Origin: an uncultured Gemmatimonadales bacterium
GTDB lineage: Bacteria; Gemmatimonadota; Gemmatimonadetes; Longimicrobiales; RSA9
Direction: 5' to 3'
Assembly: GCA_963783305.1 (NCBI GenBank)
Contig: CAWAMW010000016.1
Coordinates: 544,001-608,000 of the forward strand
DNA: 64,000 bases
Shown in pieces: positions 17,690 to 28,216 of the stretch (position 1 is the first letter of the stretch; every line of letters begins with the position of its first letter). Position numbers and translations under genes: made by a program. Below the pieces are notes generated by a model. That model was not told where the DNA came from, did not search any database, and saw nothing but the letters and a program-made list of their open reading frames with translations.

Positions 17690-18972
17690 CAGCCCCCGGC
17701 TCGCTCGAGTTCGCGCCAGCCGATATCGGTGCGGTACTGGCGTCCCTCGAACGAGATCCGACCGGCGGCCGAGCGGCTCCGCTCCATGGCGGTCTCGACG
17801 TCCGGTCCAAGGCCGGTGACGGCGAGGACGCGTCCGCCGTCAGTGACGAGCTGTCCGTTCTTCCGGTGTGTGCCCGCGTGGAACACCAGGACGTCATCGG
17901 CGCGCTCGAGCCCGTCCGGGATCGTAATGACCTTGCCCTTCTCGTAGCTCCCGGGGTAACCGCCCGAAGCCAGCACGGTGGTGACGGCGGCGGCATCCTT
18001 CCAGTCGAGCTGGAGGTCGCGCACGGACGCGCCGCGGGCGATGGCCCGGAGGGGCTCCAGGAGCGACGAGTCCAGGAGCGGGAGGACGACCTGCGTCTCG
18101 GGGTCTCCGAAGCGGCAGTTGAACTCGACGACCTTTGCCCCACCGTCCGTGAGCATCAGGCCGGCGTAGAGTAGGCCGCGGAAGGGACGGTCGCGGCGGC
18201 GCATCTCGCCGAGCGTCGGGAGCAGGATGGTGTCGCGCACCTGATCGAGGAGCGCCTGGTCCACCAGGGAGACCGGGGCGTAGGCGCCCATACCCCCGGT
18301 GTTCGGGCCCGTATCCCCCTCGCCCAGCCGCTTGTGGTCCTGCGAGGGCCGGAGAAGGACGACGTCGCGCCCGTCCGTGAGGGCGAACACGCTGAGCTCC
18401 TCCCCGCTCATGCACGTCTCTACCACCACCTGCTGCCCGGCTTCTCCGAAGTCGTGCGCGCTGAGCATCCGGTCCACCGCGTGCAGCGCTTCATCCTCGC
18501 TGGTGCAGACGATGGCGCCCTTGCCGGCGGCCAGCCCGGAGGCCTTTACGACGATGGGCGCTCCACGCTCGCGGATGTACGCGCGAGCGCGCTCCACGTC
18601 GGTGAACACCTCGTACTCGGCGGTGGGGACGCCCGCCCTCCGCATCACATCCTTGGAGAACGCCTTCGACGCCTCGATCTCGGCGGCGCCGGCCGTGGGT
18701 CCGAACGCGGGGACGCCATGGGCGTGGAGCGCGTCGACGAGACCGGCCGCGAGCGGGCCCTCCGGCCCGACCACTACCAGGTCGAGGTCGCTGCCACCCG
18801 CCCAGCCGGTGATCCCGCTCACGTCCGCGGGGTCGAACGGGATGGACTTCGCGAAGGCGTGGGTCCCGCCATTTCCGCGAGTGATGAAGAACTCGGCGGA
18901 GGGCGAATCGCGATGGAGCTTCCAGAGGAGGGTGTGCTCGCGTCCGCCATTGCCGACGATCAGAATTTTCAT
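17689..18972 (-). CDS. purD: phosphoribosylamine--glycine ligase
   Basis: GNGGREH, VVGPE, KASGLAAGKG, QDHKR..GDTGPNTGGMG, EFNCRFGDPE. Confidence 0.95.
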   Translation of the reverse strand: MKILIVGNGGREHTLLWKLHRDSPSAEFFITRGNGGTHAFAKSIPFDPADVSGITGWAGGSDLDLVVVGPEGPLAAGLVDALHAHGVPAFGPTAGAAEIEASKAFSKDVMRRAGVPTAEYEVFTDVERARAYIRERGAPIVVKASGLAAGKGAIVCTSEDEALHAVDRMLSAHDFGEAGQQVVVETCMSGEELSVFALTDGRDVVLLRPSQDHKRLGEGDTGPNTGGMGAYAPVSLVDQALLDQVRDTILLPTLGEMRRRDRPFRGLLYAGLMLTDGGAKVVEFNCRFGDPETQVVLPLLDSSLLEPLRAIARGASVRDLQLDWKDAAAVTTVLASGGYPGSYEKGKVITIPDGLERADDVLVFHAGTHRKNGQLVTDGGRVLAVTGLGPDVETAMERSRSAAGRISFEGRQYRTDIGWRELERAGG

Positions 18973-19072
18973 GGCTCTCGGGAATCGGGGATCGGGTCCT
19001 GCCCAGATCCCGAATATAGGGGGTGCCGCTCGGGATGCACGGGGCTGCCAGCCCACCTCCCGAGCGGCGGCG

Positions 19073-20068
19073 CTACGCCCCGCGGAACGCGTCGGTGACG
19101 TTCTTCCGCAGCCGGTCGGCGGCGTCCCGTGCCCCGTGGGCGACCTGGTCGAAAATCTCCATGGCACCCTCGCGGTACGACTTCGATGCCTGCTTCAGGT
19201 CCTCCACGTACGGCTGTCGGGGTGCGTTCCGGCGCTGATACTCGCCGCGCAGGATGCGGTCGTACTCGCCGGACTCGATCCAGTCCCGGAGCTCGGCGGC
19301 GCGGAGGGTGTGGAAGGGGTGGGTGGTGCCCAGGAGGTTGAGGACCTTGAAGACGGAGTCGGCGAGGTCGCCCTCGGAACGGTACTCGTCCGCCTGCTCG
19401 AGGAACGCATTGAGATCGGTCTCCTCGGCGGTCCCGCCCCCCGCGAGCTTGAGCGAGGTGCCGAGGGCGGCGCTGGGGTCCTGGACGGCGAGGAGCCCTG
19501 CGCGGTCGGAGGAGAGCTCGGCCTTGCGGCTCCACTCCAGGAGGCCGAGCAGTACGGCCCGGGCGGCGATCCCCACGATCGGGTATCCGATGTTGGCCAG
19601 CTGGAGCAGGATGACGAGCATGGTCCGGTAAAGCACATGACCGGACATGATGTGCCCGACCTCGTGGCCCATGAGGAAGATCTGCTCCTCCGCGTCCAGA
19701 AGCCGGATCGATCCGCTGTTGAGCACGATGAACGGGTGGTCCATGCCGTACGCGCCTGCGTTGACCACGGGCGTCTGCGAGATGAAGAGGGGGTACTCCT
19801 CGGGCGCGTCCATGGTCTCCAGGACGTGCTGGTAGCGGGCGTATATGTCCGGAAACTGCTTCGGCCCAACGCGCACCCCGTTGGCCTGGAACGCGAGCCG
19901 AACGGGCTTCTCGCCGAAGAACCCGAACAGTTTGCGGAGGACCTCGTCGAACGCGGGGACCCGACGCAGCGCGGCCAGGGCGGCTCGGTCCGCCGGATGC
20001 TCCCAGCTCTCCCCGCCGATGTCGGTGAGGATGATCCGCTTCCGCTGGACGATGTCGCTCTCGGTCAT
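19073..20068 (-). CDS. M48 family zinc metallopeptidase
   Basis: NAGAYG, GHEVGH (HExxH), WSRKAELSSDRAG, THP. Confidence 0.88.
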   Translation of the reverse strand: MTESDIVQRKRIILTDIGGESWEHPADRAALAALRRVPAFDEVLRKLFGFFGEKPVRLAFQANGVRVGPKQFPDIYARYQHVLETMDAPEEYPLFISQTPVVNAGAYGMDHPFIVLNSGSIRLLDAEEQIFLMGHEVGHIMSGHVLYRTMLVILLQLANIGYPIVGIAARAVLLGLLEWSRKAELSSDRAGLLAVQDPSAALGTSLKLAGGGTAEETDLNAFLEQADEYRSEGDLADSVFKVLNLLGTTHPFHTLRAAELRDWIESGEYDRILRGEYQRRNAPRQPYVEDLKQASKSYREGAMEIFDQVAHGARDAADRLRKNVTDAFRGA

Positions 20069-20131
20069 GGTGCTCTCTCCTGGACGTGCGGCGAGCGCGG
20101 GCGTACGTGTCGGCCCGAACGTGTGCCTCCG

Positions 20132-20158
20132 TACGCCCGGGAGCGGGCGCGGGTTTCG
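20132..20158 (-). promoter_or_regulatory. ECF (SigW-type) promoter upstream of the M48 peptidase
   Basis: CGAAAC-N17-CGTA, same spacing as the two promoters in the ECF operon. Confidence 0.55.
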
Positions 20159-20159
20159 G

Positions 20160-21314
20160 TCACGGTGCCCCGTCCAGCGCCTGGGCCACGTCGTCGATGA
20201 GGTCCCGGGGGTCCTCGATCCCGACGGAGAGACGGACGAGGCCGTCGCTGATCCCCATGGCTTTGCGGCGGTCTGGCGCGACGGCCGCGTGGGTCTGCAT
20301 GGCGGGGTGACCGATGAGGCTCTCGACCCCGCCGAGGCTCTCGGCGAGGGAGAAGATGCGGGTGGCTTCCACCATGCCGCGCGCCCGCTCCAGAGAGCCA
20401 AGCTCGATGCTGATCATCCCCGTGAAACCCTTCATCTGCCTTGCCGCCAGGTCGTGCTGCGGGTGCGACGGAAGACCGGGGTAGTTCACCGCCTCCACCT
20501 TGGGGTGCTCGGCCAGAAACTGCGCCATCTTCAGCCCATTGCGGTTGTGGGCTTCCATCCGGACGGCCAGCGTCTTCGTGCCCCGCAGCGTGAGCCAGCA
20601 GTCCATGGGCCCGGGCACCGCGCCCGCCGCCTTCTGCATGTAGTAGAGATGCTCGCCCCACTCATCGTGGCTGGTGACGACCATCCCGCCCACCACATCG
20701 CTGTGGCCATTCAGGTACTTGGTCGTCGAGTGCACCACCACGTCGATCCCGTGCTCCAGCGGGCGCTGGTTGTAGGGCGAGGCAAAGGTATTGTCCACGG
20801 CGGTGGGGATGCCTGCGTCACGCCCGATCTGCGCCGCCACGGCCAGGTCCGTGAGCCGCATCATGGGGTTCGTGGGGGTCTCCAGGTAGATCAGCTTCGT
20901 CTCGGGCCGGATCGCCCGTCGGATCTCGTCCGGGTCGCGGCCATCGATGTAGGTGAACTCGATCCCCAGGCGGGCGAGCACCGTGTTGAACATGCGGGTG
21001 GTGCCGCCGTAGGTGTTCTCCTCGCTCACCACGTGATCGCCCGCCGACAGCTTCTTCACCAGCGCCTCGATGGCCGCCAGGCCGCTGCCGAACGCCGCGC
21101 CGTAGTGCCCACCCTCCAGGGCGGCCACATTGGCCTGCAGCGCGTCGCGGGTGGGGTTCGTCACCCGCGCGTACTCGTAGCCCAGCTTTGGCTCGCCCAG
21201 CGCCGGCTGGACATACGTGGATGTCTGATAGACCGGGGGCATGATCGCGCCGGTCGTCGGGTCCGGCTGCTGGCCGGCGTGGATGGCGCGCGTGGCGAAT
21301 CGGTGGTCGCTCAT
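20160..21314 (-). CDS. metB: cystathionine gamma-synthase/lyase
   Basis: ATRAIHAGQ, YEYAR..NPTR, ETPTNP, DNTFASP, HSTTKYLNGHSD, LAESLGGVESL. Confidence 0.88.
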   Translation of the reverse strand: MSDHRFATRAIHAGQQPDPTTGAIMPPVYQTSTYVQPALGEPKLGYEYARVTNPTRDALQANVAALEGGHYGAAFGSGLAAIEALVKKLSAGDHVVSEENTYGGTTRMFNTVLARLGIEFTYIDGRDPDEIRRAIRPETKLIYLETPTNPMMRLTDLAVAAQIGRDAGIPTAVDNTFASPYNQRPLEHGIDVVVHSTTKYLNGHSDVVGGMVVTSHDEWGEHLYYMQKAAGAVPGPMDCWLTLRGTKTLAVRMEAHNRNGLKMAQFLAEHPKVEAVNYPGLPSHPQHDLAARQMKGFTGMISIELGSLERARGMVEATRIFSLAESLGGVESLIGHPAMQTHAAVAPDRRKAMGISDGLVRLSVGIEDPRDLIDDVAQALDGAP

Positions 21315-21359
21315 GATGGGTTGGTGCTTTTTCTGCTGTGAAGGTTTTAGGGCCGGCTG

Positions 21360-21388
21360 AAGATACGGTGACCCGCCGATCACTACAA
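21360..21388 (-). promoter_or_regulatory. sigma70-like promoter of metB
   Basis: TTGTAG-N17-TATCTT on minus. Confidence 0.45.
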
Positions 21389-21405
21389 ACGAACCCGGAC
21401 GGGTT

Positions 21406-21433
21406 ACAGGGCACAGTTCACAGGGCACAGTTC
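21406..21433. repeat. 14-bp tandem duplication with heptamer periodicity
   Basis: ACAGGGCACAGTTC x2 in a divergent intergenic region. Confidence 0.85.
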
Positions 21434-21463
21434 ATTTCAAATCCGTACTCCGAGATCCGAATC

Positions 21464-22264
21464 ATGGCCGATCTGAATACCAGGCGAGTAACGGCGGAAG
21501 GGGCGTCGCCGGAAAAATGGGTGGCGGTGCTCCACGGAATCTATGGTGCGGGTCGTAACTGGGGCTCGGTGGCCCGGGACCTGGTGAGCGCGCGGCCGGA
21601 GTGGGGTGTGGTGCTGGTAGACCTGCGGCAGCATGGCGACTCCATGGGGTTCGAGGGTCCGCATACGGTGGAGCGGACAGCGGCGGACCTGTCGGGGCTG
21701 GAGGTCCCCGGTGGCGTTCGTGTGCTCATGGGGCATTCCTTCGGCGGAAAGATCGCGCTGCTGCGCGCGCGTGAGGACGAGGGGATCGAGCAGGTCTGGG
21801 TGGTGGATTCCACCCCGGAGTCGCGGGACCCGAGCGGGAGCGCGTGGGGGATGCTGCGGGTGCTGCGCTCGATGCCGTCGTCGTTCGAGGACCGGGACGC
21901 GGCGGTGGCGGCGTTGGAGTCGGCGGGGGTGAGTCGCCCGATCGCGCTCTGGATGAGCACGAACCTGGAATGGATGGGCGAGGAGTACGTCTGGCGCATC
22001 GACATGGACGACATGGAGGAGCTGCTCGGCGACTTCTTCCGCACCGACTTGTGGGATATGGTGGAATCCCCGCGGGAGGGGCTCGAGCTCCATTTCATCC
22101 GAGCCACCGAATCGTCGGTGCTGGAGCTGGATGCGGCCGAGCGGATCCGGGCGGCCGGCCGGAGGACGGGAAGGGTGTTCGTGCATGACGTGCTCGGCGG
22201 TCACTGGCTGAACGCGGACAATCCGGATGCGGTGGTGGAGCTGGTCGCCTCGCGGCTCGATTGA
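21464..22264 (+). CDS. alpha/beta fold hydrolase (YbfF/ABHD11-like)
   Basis: LHGIYG.GRNW, DLRQHG, GHSFGG, GHWL. Confidence 0.88.
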   Translation: MADLNTRRVTAEGASPEKWVAVLHGIYGAGRNWGSVARDLVSARPEWGVVLVDLRQHGDSMGFEGPHTVERTAADLSGLEVPGGVRVLMGHSFGGKIALLRAREDEGIEQVWVVDSTPESRDPSGSAWGMLRVLRSMPSSFEDRDAAVAALESAGVSRPIALWMSTNLEWMGEEYVWRIDMDDMEELLGDFFRTDLWDMVESPREGLELHFIRATESSVLELDAAERIRAAGRRTGRVFVHDVLGGHWLNADNPDAVVELVASRLD

Positions 22265-22416
22265 GGCACTGGCGCGATGGTTGCCCCTGCCGTCGTGCGT
22301 CGCTCGATCACCGGGTGGCGGATTGACGATGGTCGGCCGGTTCCGGTACGTTTCGTGGCTGGGAGAGCGGGAGCCGACGCGATCGGGCGTCGGCTCCTTT
22401 GACATTGGAAGGCGGA

Positions 22417-23799
22417 ATGAGCTTCGAGATTCCTGAAGGACTGATGGTGAGCGTGTCGGGCGTGCGCGGGAAAGTGGGCGATGCGCTGACGCCGGACGTG
22501 GTTCTGCGGTTCGCCGCTGCCTTTGGCGCGTACCTGCGCGAGGCCGCGCCGGGCGAGCGGCCCACGGTGGTGCTGGGCCGGGACTCGCGCACTTCCGGCC
22601 CGCTCCTGGCGAGGGCGGTGAGCGCGGCGCTGGAGGGGGTGGGCTGTGACGTGGTGGACGTGGGGCTGGTCCCGACGCCCACGGTGCTGATGTCCATCGG
22701 GCACCACGGCGCGCAGGGTGGGATCATCGTGACGGCCAGCCACAACCCGATCGAGTGGAACGCCCTCAAGCTGGCGTCGGGCGAGGGGATGTTCCTGGAC
22801 GGGGGTCAGGCGGAGGCGATGCGGGCCGAGCTGGAGCGGCGGCCGCCGTGGCAGGGCTGGGACGGCATCGGATCGCTCACGCGGGATGAGGACGCGGCCG
22901 ACCGCCACATCCGGGCGATCCTCGACCTTCCGTATCTCGATGTCAGCGCGCTGCGCGAGCGGGCGTTCACCGTGGCGCTGGACTGTGTGCACGGCGCGGG
23001 GGCGGTCATACTGCCACGGCTGCTGGAAGAGCTGGGGTGCAAGGTCCACGGGATCGGACTGGAGCCCGACGGGCGCTTCCCGCGAAAGCCCGAGCCGGTG
23101 GCCGCGAACCTGGGCGACCTGGAGTCTCTGGTGACGGAGACGGGCGCTGATATCGGGATCGCGACGGACCCGGACGCGGACCGGCTGTCGCTGGTCGACG
23201 AGACCGGCCGCGCCATGGGCGAGGACTACACGCTGGCGCTCGCGACTCGACTCGTGCTGCGGCACCAGGCGGGCGCCGTAGTGACGAACCTGTCGACGAG
23301 CCGCGTGGTGGAGGACGCCGCCCGGGACGGGGGTGGGACCTTCCACAGAGCGGCCGTGGGCGAGATCAACGTGGCGCGCCGGATGCAGCAGGAGGGGGCG
23401 GTCGTAGGCGGTGAGGGGAACGGCGGCGTGATCCTCCCGGCGGTGCAGCATACGCGCGACGCCCAGGTGGCGGCCGCGCTGGTGCTGCAGCTGATGCTGG
23501 AGACGGGATCCACGCCCGGCGAGCTCGTCTCCGCGGCCCCGCGCTACGCGATCGTGAAGGACAGCGTGGAGCGGCCGAAGGGGGAGCTCGGGCCGGTGTA
23601 CGACCGACTGGAAACGCAGCTGGATGCCGCCGAGGCCGACCGTCAGGACGGGCTCTGGCTCGCCTGGCCCGAGGATCGGAAATGGCTGCATTTCCGGCCG
23701 TCGGGGACCGAGCCCATCGTACGAATGATCGCGGAGGCACCGGAGGAGGCGGAGGCCCGCCAGCTGGTGGAAGCCGCGCGAGAAGCACTCTTGAACTGA
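22417..23799 (+). CDS. glmM: phosphoglucosamine mutase / phosphohexomutase
   Basis: SVSGVRG, TASHNP, DPDADR, GGEGNGG, RPSGTEP; directly upstream of glmS. Confidence 0.85.
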   Translation: MSFEIPEGLMVSVSGVRGKVGDALTPDVVLRFAAAFGAYLREAAPGERPTVVLGRDSRTSGPLLARAVSAALEGVGCDVVDVGLVPTPTVLMSIGHHGAQGGIIVTASHNPIEWNALKLASGEGMFLDGGQAEAMRAELERRPPWQGWDGIGSLTRDEDAADRHIRAILDLPYLDVSALRERAFTVALDCVHGAGAVILPRLLEELGCKVHGIGLEPDGRFPRKPEPVAANLGDLESLVTETGADIGIATDPDADRLSLVDETGRAMGEDYTLALATRLVLRHQAGAVVTNLSTSRVVEDAARDGGGTFHRAAVGEINVARRMQQEGAVVGGEGNGGVILPAVQHTRDAQVAAALVLQLMLETGSTPGELVSAAPRYAIVKDSVERPKGELGPVYDRLETQLDAAEADRQDGLWLAWPEDRKWLHFRPSGTEPIVRMIAEAPEEAEARQLVEAAREALLN

Positions 23800-23809
23800 G
23801 CGAGAATCA

Positions 23810-25642
23810 ATGTGCGGGATCGTCGGATACATCGGGTCGAGGGAAGTAAAGCCGCTGCTGATCGAGGGGCTTCGCCGCCTCGAATACCGCGGGTACGACT
23901 CGGCGGGCATCACGGTAGCCAGCAACGGCTCGCTGATGACCCAGAAGGCGGTGGGTAAGATCGCCGACCTGGAGACGCGGCTGAACAAAGACGGGCTCCC
24001 GTCCTCCGACTGCGGCATCGCCCACACCCGCTGGGCCACCCATGGTGCGCCCACGGAGGTGAACGCCCACCCCCACAGCGACTGCTCGGGTGAGATCTCG
24101 TTGGTCCACAACGGCATCATTGAGAACGCAGGAACGCTGAAGAAGAAGCTGGAGAGCCTGGGGCACACGTTCTCCACGCAGACGGACACCGAGGTCATTG
24201 CCCACCTCATCGAGGAAACCTACGACGGCTCCCTGGAGGACGCCGTACGCTCCGCCCTCTCCCAAATCGAGGGCACCTATGGCCTCGCGATCATGAGCTC
24301 CCGGGAGCCCGGCGTGATCGTGGGAGCCCGGAAGGGCAGCCCGCTCCTCGTGGGCATCGGCGACAACGACGAGTACTTCCTCGCCAGCGACATCGCCGCG
24401 GTCCTCGCCCACACGCGCGATTTCGTCTACCTCGAGGACGGCGAGATGGCCGTGATCACGAGGGACGGGTACCAGATCTCGACGCTGAAGGGGCGCGAGC
24501 TGGACCGTGAAGTGACGCGCGTGGACTGGGACCTCGATGCCATCGAGAAGAGCGGCTTCGACCACTTCATGATCAAGGAGATCTTCGAGCAGCCGGACAC
24601 GCTGGAGAACGCCATGCGCGGCCGGCTCCTCGAGGAGGACGGGATCTCCAAGCTGGGCGGACTCGAGCACCTGCTCGATGAGCTTTCGGACACCGAGCAG
24701 ATCATCATCACCGCCTCGGGCACCTCCTGGCACGCCGGCCTGATCGGCGAGTACATGATCGAGGAGTACGCCCGGATCCCCGTGGAGGTGGAGTACGCGT
24801 CGGAGTTCCGGTACCGCAACCCGGTGATCCGGCCCAACACGACGGTGATCGCCATCAGCCAGTCGGGTGAGACCGCGGATACGCTGGCCGCTATCCGGGA
24901 GGCGAAGCGGCAGGGCGCCACGGCCATGGGGATCGTCAACGTGGTGGGGTCGACGATCGCCCGGGAGACGGACGGCGGGGTCTACATCCACGCCGGTCCG
25001 GAGATCGGCGTGGCCTCCACGAAGGCGTTCACGAGCCAGGTGGTGGTGCTGGCGCTCTTCACGCTGCTCATGGCGCGGCGACGCGGGATGAGCGTGGTGC
25101 AGGGGAAGGAAGTGGTGAACGCCCTGCGGGCGATCCCGGACCAGGTCCGGCAGGTGCTGGAGCTCGATGACGCGATCCGGGAGCTCGCCCGGACGTACAA
25201 GGACGCGACCAACTTCCTCTACCTGGGAAGGGGCTACAACTTCCCCACGGCGCTGGAAGGGGCCCTGAAGCTGAAGGAGATCAGCTACATCCACGCGGAG
25301 GGTTTGCCGGCGGCCGAGATGAAGCACGGCCCCATTGCGCTCATCACGGAGCAGATGCCGGTGGTGGTCGTGGCGCCGCATGACTCCGTGTACGGGAAGG
25401 TCGTGTCGAACATCGAAGAGGTGAAGACGCGGGGTGGCCGGATCATCGCAGTGGTGAGCGAGGGGAACAGTGAGCTGGCGGATAAGGTCGATCATCTCAT
25501 CACGATCCCGGAGACGATCGACATGCTCACGCCCATCCTGGCAACCGTACCGCTCCAGCTCCTGTCGTACCACGTGGCGGTGATGCGCGGCTGCCACGTC
25601 GATCAGCCGCGGAACCTGGCCAAGTCCGTCACCGTGGAGTAG
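23810..25642 (+). CDS. glmS: glutamine--fructose-6-phosphate transaminase
   Basis: MCGIVG, HTRWATHG, SQSGETADT, PRNLAKSVTVE. Confidence 0.97.
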   Translation: MCGIVGYIGSREVKPLLIEGLRRLEYRGYDSAGITVASNGSLMTQKAVGKIADLETRLNKDGLPSSDCGIAHTRWATHGAPTEVNAHPHSDCSGEISLVHNGIIENAGTLKKKLESLGHTFSTQTDTEVIAHLIEETYDGSLEDAVRSALSQIEGTYGLAIMSSREPGVIVGARKGSPLLVGIGDNDEYFLASDIAAVLAHTRDFVYLEDGEMAVITRDGYQISTLKGRELDREVTRVDWDLDAIEKSGFDHFMIKEIFEQPDTLENAMRGRLLEEDGISKLGGLEHLLDELSDTEQIIITASGTSWHAGLIGEYMIEEYARIPVEVEYASEFRYRNPVIRPNTTVIAISQSGETADTLAAIREAKRQGATAMGIVNVVGSTIARETDGGVYIHAGPEIGVASTKAFTSQVVVLALFTLLMARRRGMSVVQGKEVVNALRAIPDQVRQVLELDDAIRELARTYKDATNFLYLGRGYNFPTALEGALKLKEISYIHAEGLPAAEMKHGPIALITEQMPVVVVAPHDSVYGKVVSNIEEVKTRGGRIIAVVSEGNSELADKVDHLITIPETIDMLTPILATVPLQLLSYHVAVMRGCHVDQPRNLAKSVTVE

Positions 25643-25644
25643 CC

Positions 25645-26085
25645 GTGAAGGTGGTGCTCCAACGGGTGAGCCGCGGCGCGGTGTGGATCGACGGCGAGGC
25701 GGTGGGCAGGATCGGCCGCGGCTATGTCGTGCTGGCGGGGTTCGGCCCGGATGACGACGAGACCACCCTCTCCTGGATGGCGGACAAGATCCTGGGGCTC
25801 CGCCTCTTCCCAGACGAGACAGGGCGGATGAACCGGGCTCTCGATGCGGTGGCTGGCGCGCTGCTGGTGATCAGCCAGTTCACGCTCTACGGAGATGTCA
25901 CCAGGGGGCGGCGTCCCAGTTTCGTCGGCGCCGCCGCCCCCGACCATGCGCTCCGTCTCTACGACCGGTTCCTGGGAATGTTGAGAGACCGGGCGCCGGG
26001 GCCGGTGGAGAGCGGCGAGTTCGGCGCCATGATGGATGTGGAGCTGGTGAACGACGGACCGGTCACGCTTCTGCTGGAACGATGA
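25645..26085 (+). CDS. dtd: D-aminoacyl-tRNA deacylase
   Basis: QRV, SQFTL, GRRPSF, NDGPVT. Confidence 0.95.
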   Translation: MKVVLQRVSRGAVWIDGEAVGRIGRGYVVLAGFGPDDDETTLSWMADKILGLRLFPDETGRMNRALDAVAGALLVISQFTLYGDVTRGRRPSFVGAAAPDHALRLYDRFLGMLRDRAPGPVESGEFGAMMDVELVNDGPVTLLLER

Positions 26086-26690
26086 GCGCCCCCCCGCTGG
26101 TGCTGGCCTCGGCATCGCCACGGCGCAGACAGCTGCTCGAGCAGCTGGGGCTGCGGTTCGAGGTGGAAACCGCGGAGGTGGATGAAACGGAGCTTCCGGG
26201 GGAGTCGACGATCGGCCACGTCCGGCGGCTGGCGCTGGCCAAGGCGGGTGCCGTGGCCGCGCGGAGGCCCGAGGCGCTGGTCGTGGGCGGAGACACGGTG
26301 GTGACGCTCCATGGTGACATCCTCGGCAAGCCTGCGGACGAGCGGGCTGCCGTGGCGATGCTCCTCAGGCTCCAGGGCCACGAGCACCGGGTGGAGAGCG
26401 GGGTGGCCGTGATGGCGCCGGGCGGGCGCGCGGTCTCGGACGTCATCGGGGCGGACGTCCGATTCCGGCCATTCGACCGCGAGGTCGCGGAAGCGTACGT
26501 TGCTACCGCCGAGCCCATGGACAAGGCGGGTGCCTACGGCATCCAGGGACGCGGCGCCGTTCTGGTCGAGTCCGTTCGTGGCGACTACTTCGCCGTGATG
26601 GGGCTGCCGGTGTCGCGCCTGGTCGGCCTCCTCGCCGAGCTGGGCTGGTCCTATCGTTTCGGCGGTGAACTCTCTCGCGATCTTCCATGA
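26082..26690 (+). CDS. maf: Maf family nucleotide pyrophosphatase
   Basis: LASASPRR, DT.V..ILGKP, DKAGAYGIQ. Confidence 0.93.
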   Translation: MSAPPLVLASASPRRRQLLEQLGLRFEVETAEVDETELPGESTIGHVRRLALAKAGAVAARRPEALVVGGDTVVTLHGDILGKPADERAAVAMLLRLQGHEHRVESGVAVMAPGGRAVSDVIGADVRFRPFDREVAEAYVATAEPMDKAGAYGIQGRGAVLVESVRGDYFAVMGLPVSRLVGLLAELGWSYRFGGELSRDLP

Positions 26691-28216
26691 GCGCCATACT
26701 CGCCATCGACCAGGGGACCACCGGCACCACCTGCATGGTGATCGCCGAGGACGGCCGGATCGTCGGCCGGGCGTACTCGGAGTTCCAGCAGCATTTCCCC
26801 GAACCGGGCTGGGTCGAGCACGACGCCCGTGAGATCTGGGAGGTGACCCTTCGGGTGGCGCAGCAGGCGATGGCGGACGCGGGGGCGCGCGTGGCTGACG
26901 GCTCGGCGGGTACCGAGGCCGCGGCCATTGCCGGGATTGGCATTACGAACCAGCGGGAGACGACCGTGGTCTGGGACCGCGCCACGGGCGAGCCCATCCA
27001 CCACGCCATCGTCTGGCAGGACCGGCGTACGGCGGGGCGCTGTCGGGAGCTGGAGGCGGACGGGGCGCTGGAGCTCGTGAGGGAACGGACCGGGCTGGTG
27101 ATCGACCCGTACTTCTCGGGCACGAAGATCGAGTGGCTCCTGGACCACGTGGAAGGCGCACGGGCGCGGGCGGAGGCAGGCGAGCTGGCGGCCGGCACCA
27201 TGGACAGCTGGCTGATCTGGAACCTGACGGGCGGCCGTGTCCATGCCACCGACCCGACCAACGCCTCCCGCACGATGCTGTACCACATCGACCGCGGCGA
27301 GTGGGATGACGAGCTGCTGACGCTCCTGCGGGTTCCGCGGGCGGTGCTCCCCGAGGTCCGTCCGTCCAGCGGCATCTTCGGCGAGACGGACCCGCAGTGG
27401 TTCGGGGACGCTCTCCCGATCGCAGGCGTCGCGGGGGATCAACAGGCTGCACTCTTTGGACAGGGGTGCTGGCGGGCTGGTCTGGCCAAGAACACGTACG
27501 GCACCGGCGCATTCCTCCTGCTGCACACCGGCCAGGAGCGAATCGCCTCGAAGTCCGGACTCCTCACGACCATCGCCTGTGACGCGGCCGGGCAGCCAGC
27601 CTACGCCCTCGAGGGTGCGATCTTCGTGGCGGGCGCCAGCGTGCAGTGGCTGCGAGACGGACTGGGCCTGCTTGAAAGTGCGCCGGAGACCGCCGGTATG
27701 GCCGCGGACCTCGCGTCCAACGATGGCGTGTATCTCGTTCCTGCGTTCGTGGGTCTCGGCGCGCCCCACTGGGAGGCCGAGGCCCGGGGAACGCTGGTGG
27801 GTCTCACCCGCGGCACCGGGGCACGCCACCTGGCCCGCGCTGCGCTGGAGGCCATGGCGTATTCCACCCACGACGTGCTCGTGGCCATGGAGACCGACTC
27901 GGGCGTGGAGGCGCGGCAGCTCGCCGTCGATGGCGGCGCCGCATCGAACGACTGGATGATGCAGTTCCAATCGGACATCCTGAACCTGCCCGTTCGCCGG
28001 CCTCAGAACCTCGAGACCACCGCGCTGGGAGCCGCCGGGCTCGCCGGTCTCGCCACGGGCGTCTGGGCCGACGCCGACGCGTTCCTCGGATCGCGGCCGG
28101 AGCCAGAACACTTCGAACCCCGGATGGACGAGGGTACGCGTCGTCGACTCCTGACTGGCTGGGAACGAGCCGTGAGCACAGCGCTCCACTGGGCGAGGGA
28201 GGGCAACCGTGGCTGA
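26687..28216 (+). CDS. glpK: glycerol kinase
   Basis: DQGTT, TNQRETT, WQDRR, DPYFSGTK, GDQQAALFGQ, KNTYGTG. Confidence 0.95.
   Translation: MSAILAIDQGTTGTTCMVIAEDGRIVGRAYSEFQQHFPEPGWVEHDAREIWEVTLRVAQQAMADAGARVADGSAGTEAAAIAGIGITNQRETTVVWDRATGEPIHHAIVWQDRRTAGRCRELEADGALELVRERTGLVIDPYFSGTKIEWLLDHVEGARARAEAGELAAGTMDSWLIWNLTGGRVHATDPTNASRTMLYHIDRGEWDDELLTLLRVPRAVLPEVRPSSGIFGETDPQWFGDALPIAGVAGDQQAALFGQGCWRAGLAKNTYGTGAFLLLHTGQERIASKSGLLTTIACDAAGQPAYALEGAIFVAGASVQWLRDGLGLLESAPETAGMAADLASNDGVYLVPAFVGLGAPHWEAEARGTLVGLTRGTGARHLARAALEAMAYSTHDVLVAMETDSGVEARQLAVDGGAASNDWMMQFQSDILNLPVRRPQNLETTALGAAGLAGLATGVWADADAFLGSRPEPEHFEPRMDEGTRRRLLTGWERAVSTALHWAREGNRG

Noticed and set aside
21315..21463. SAM riboswitch or T-box upstream of metB
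   Set aside because: No SAM-I core or T-box motif; the leader after the predicted promoter is too short.
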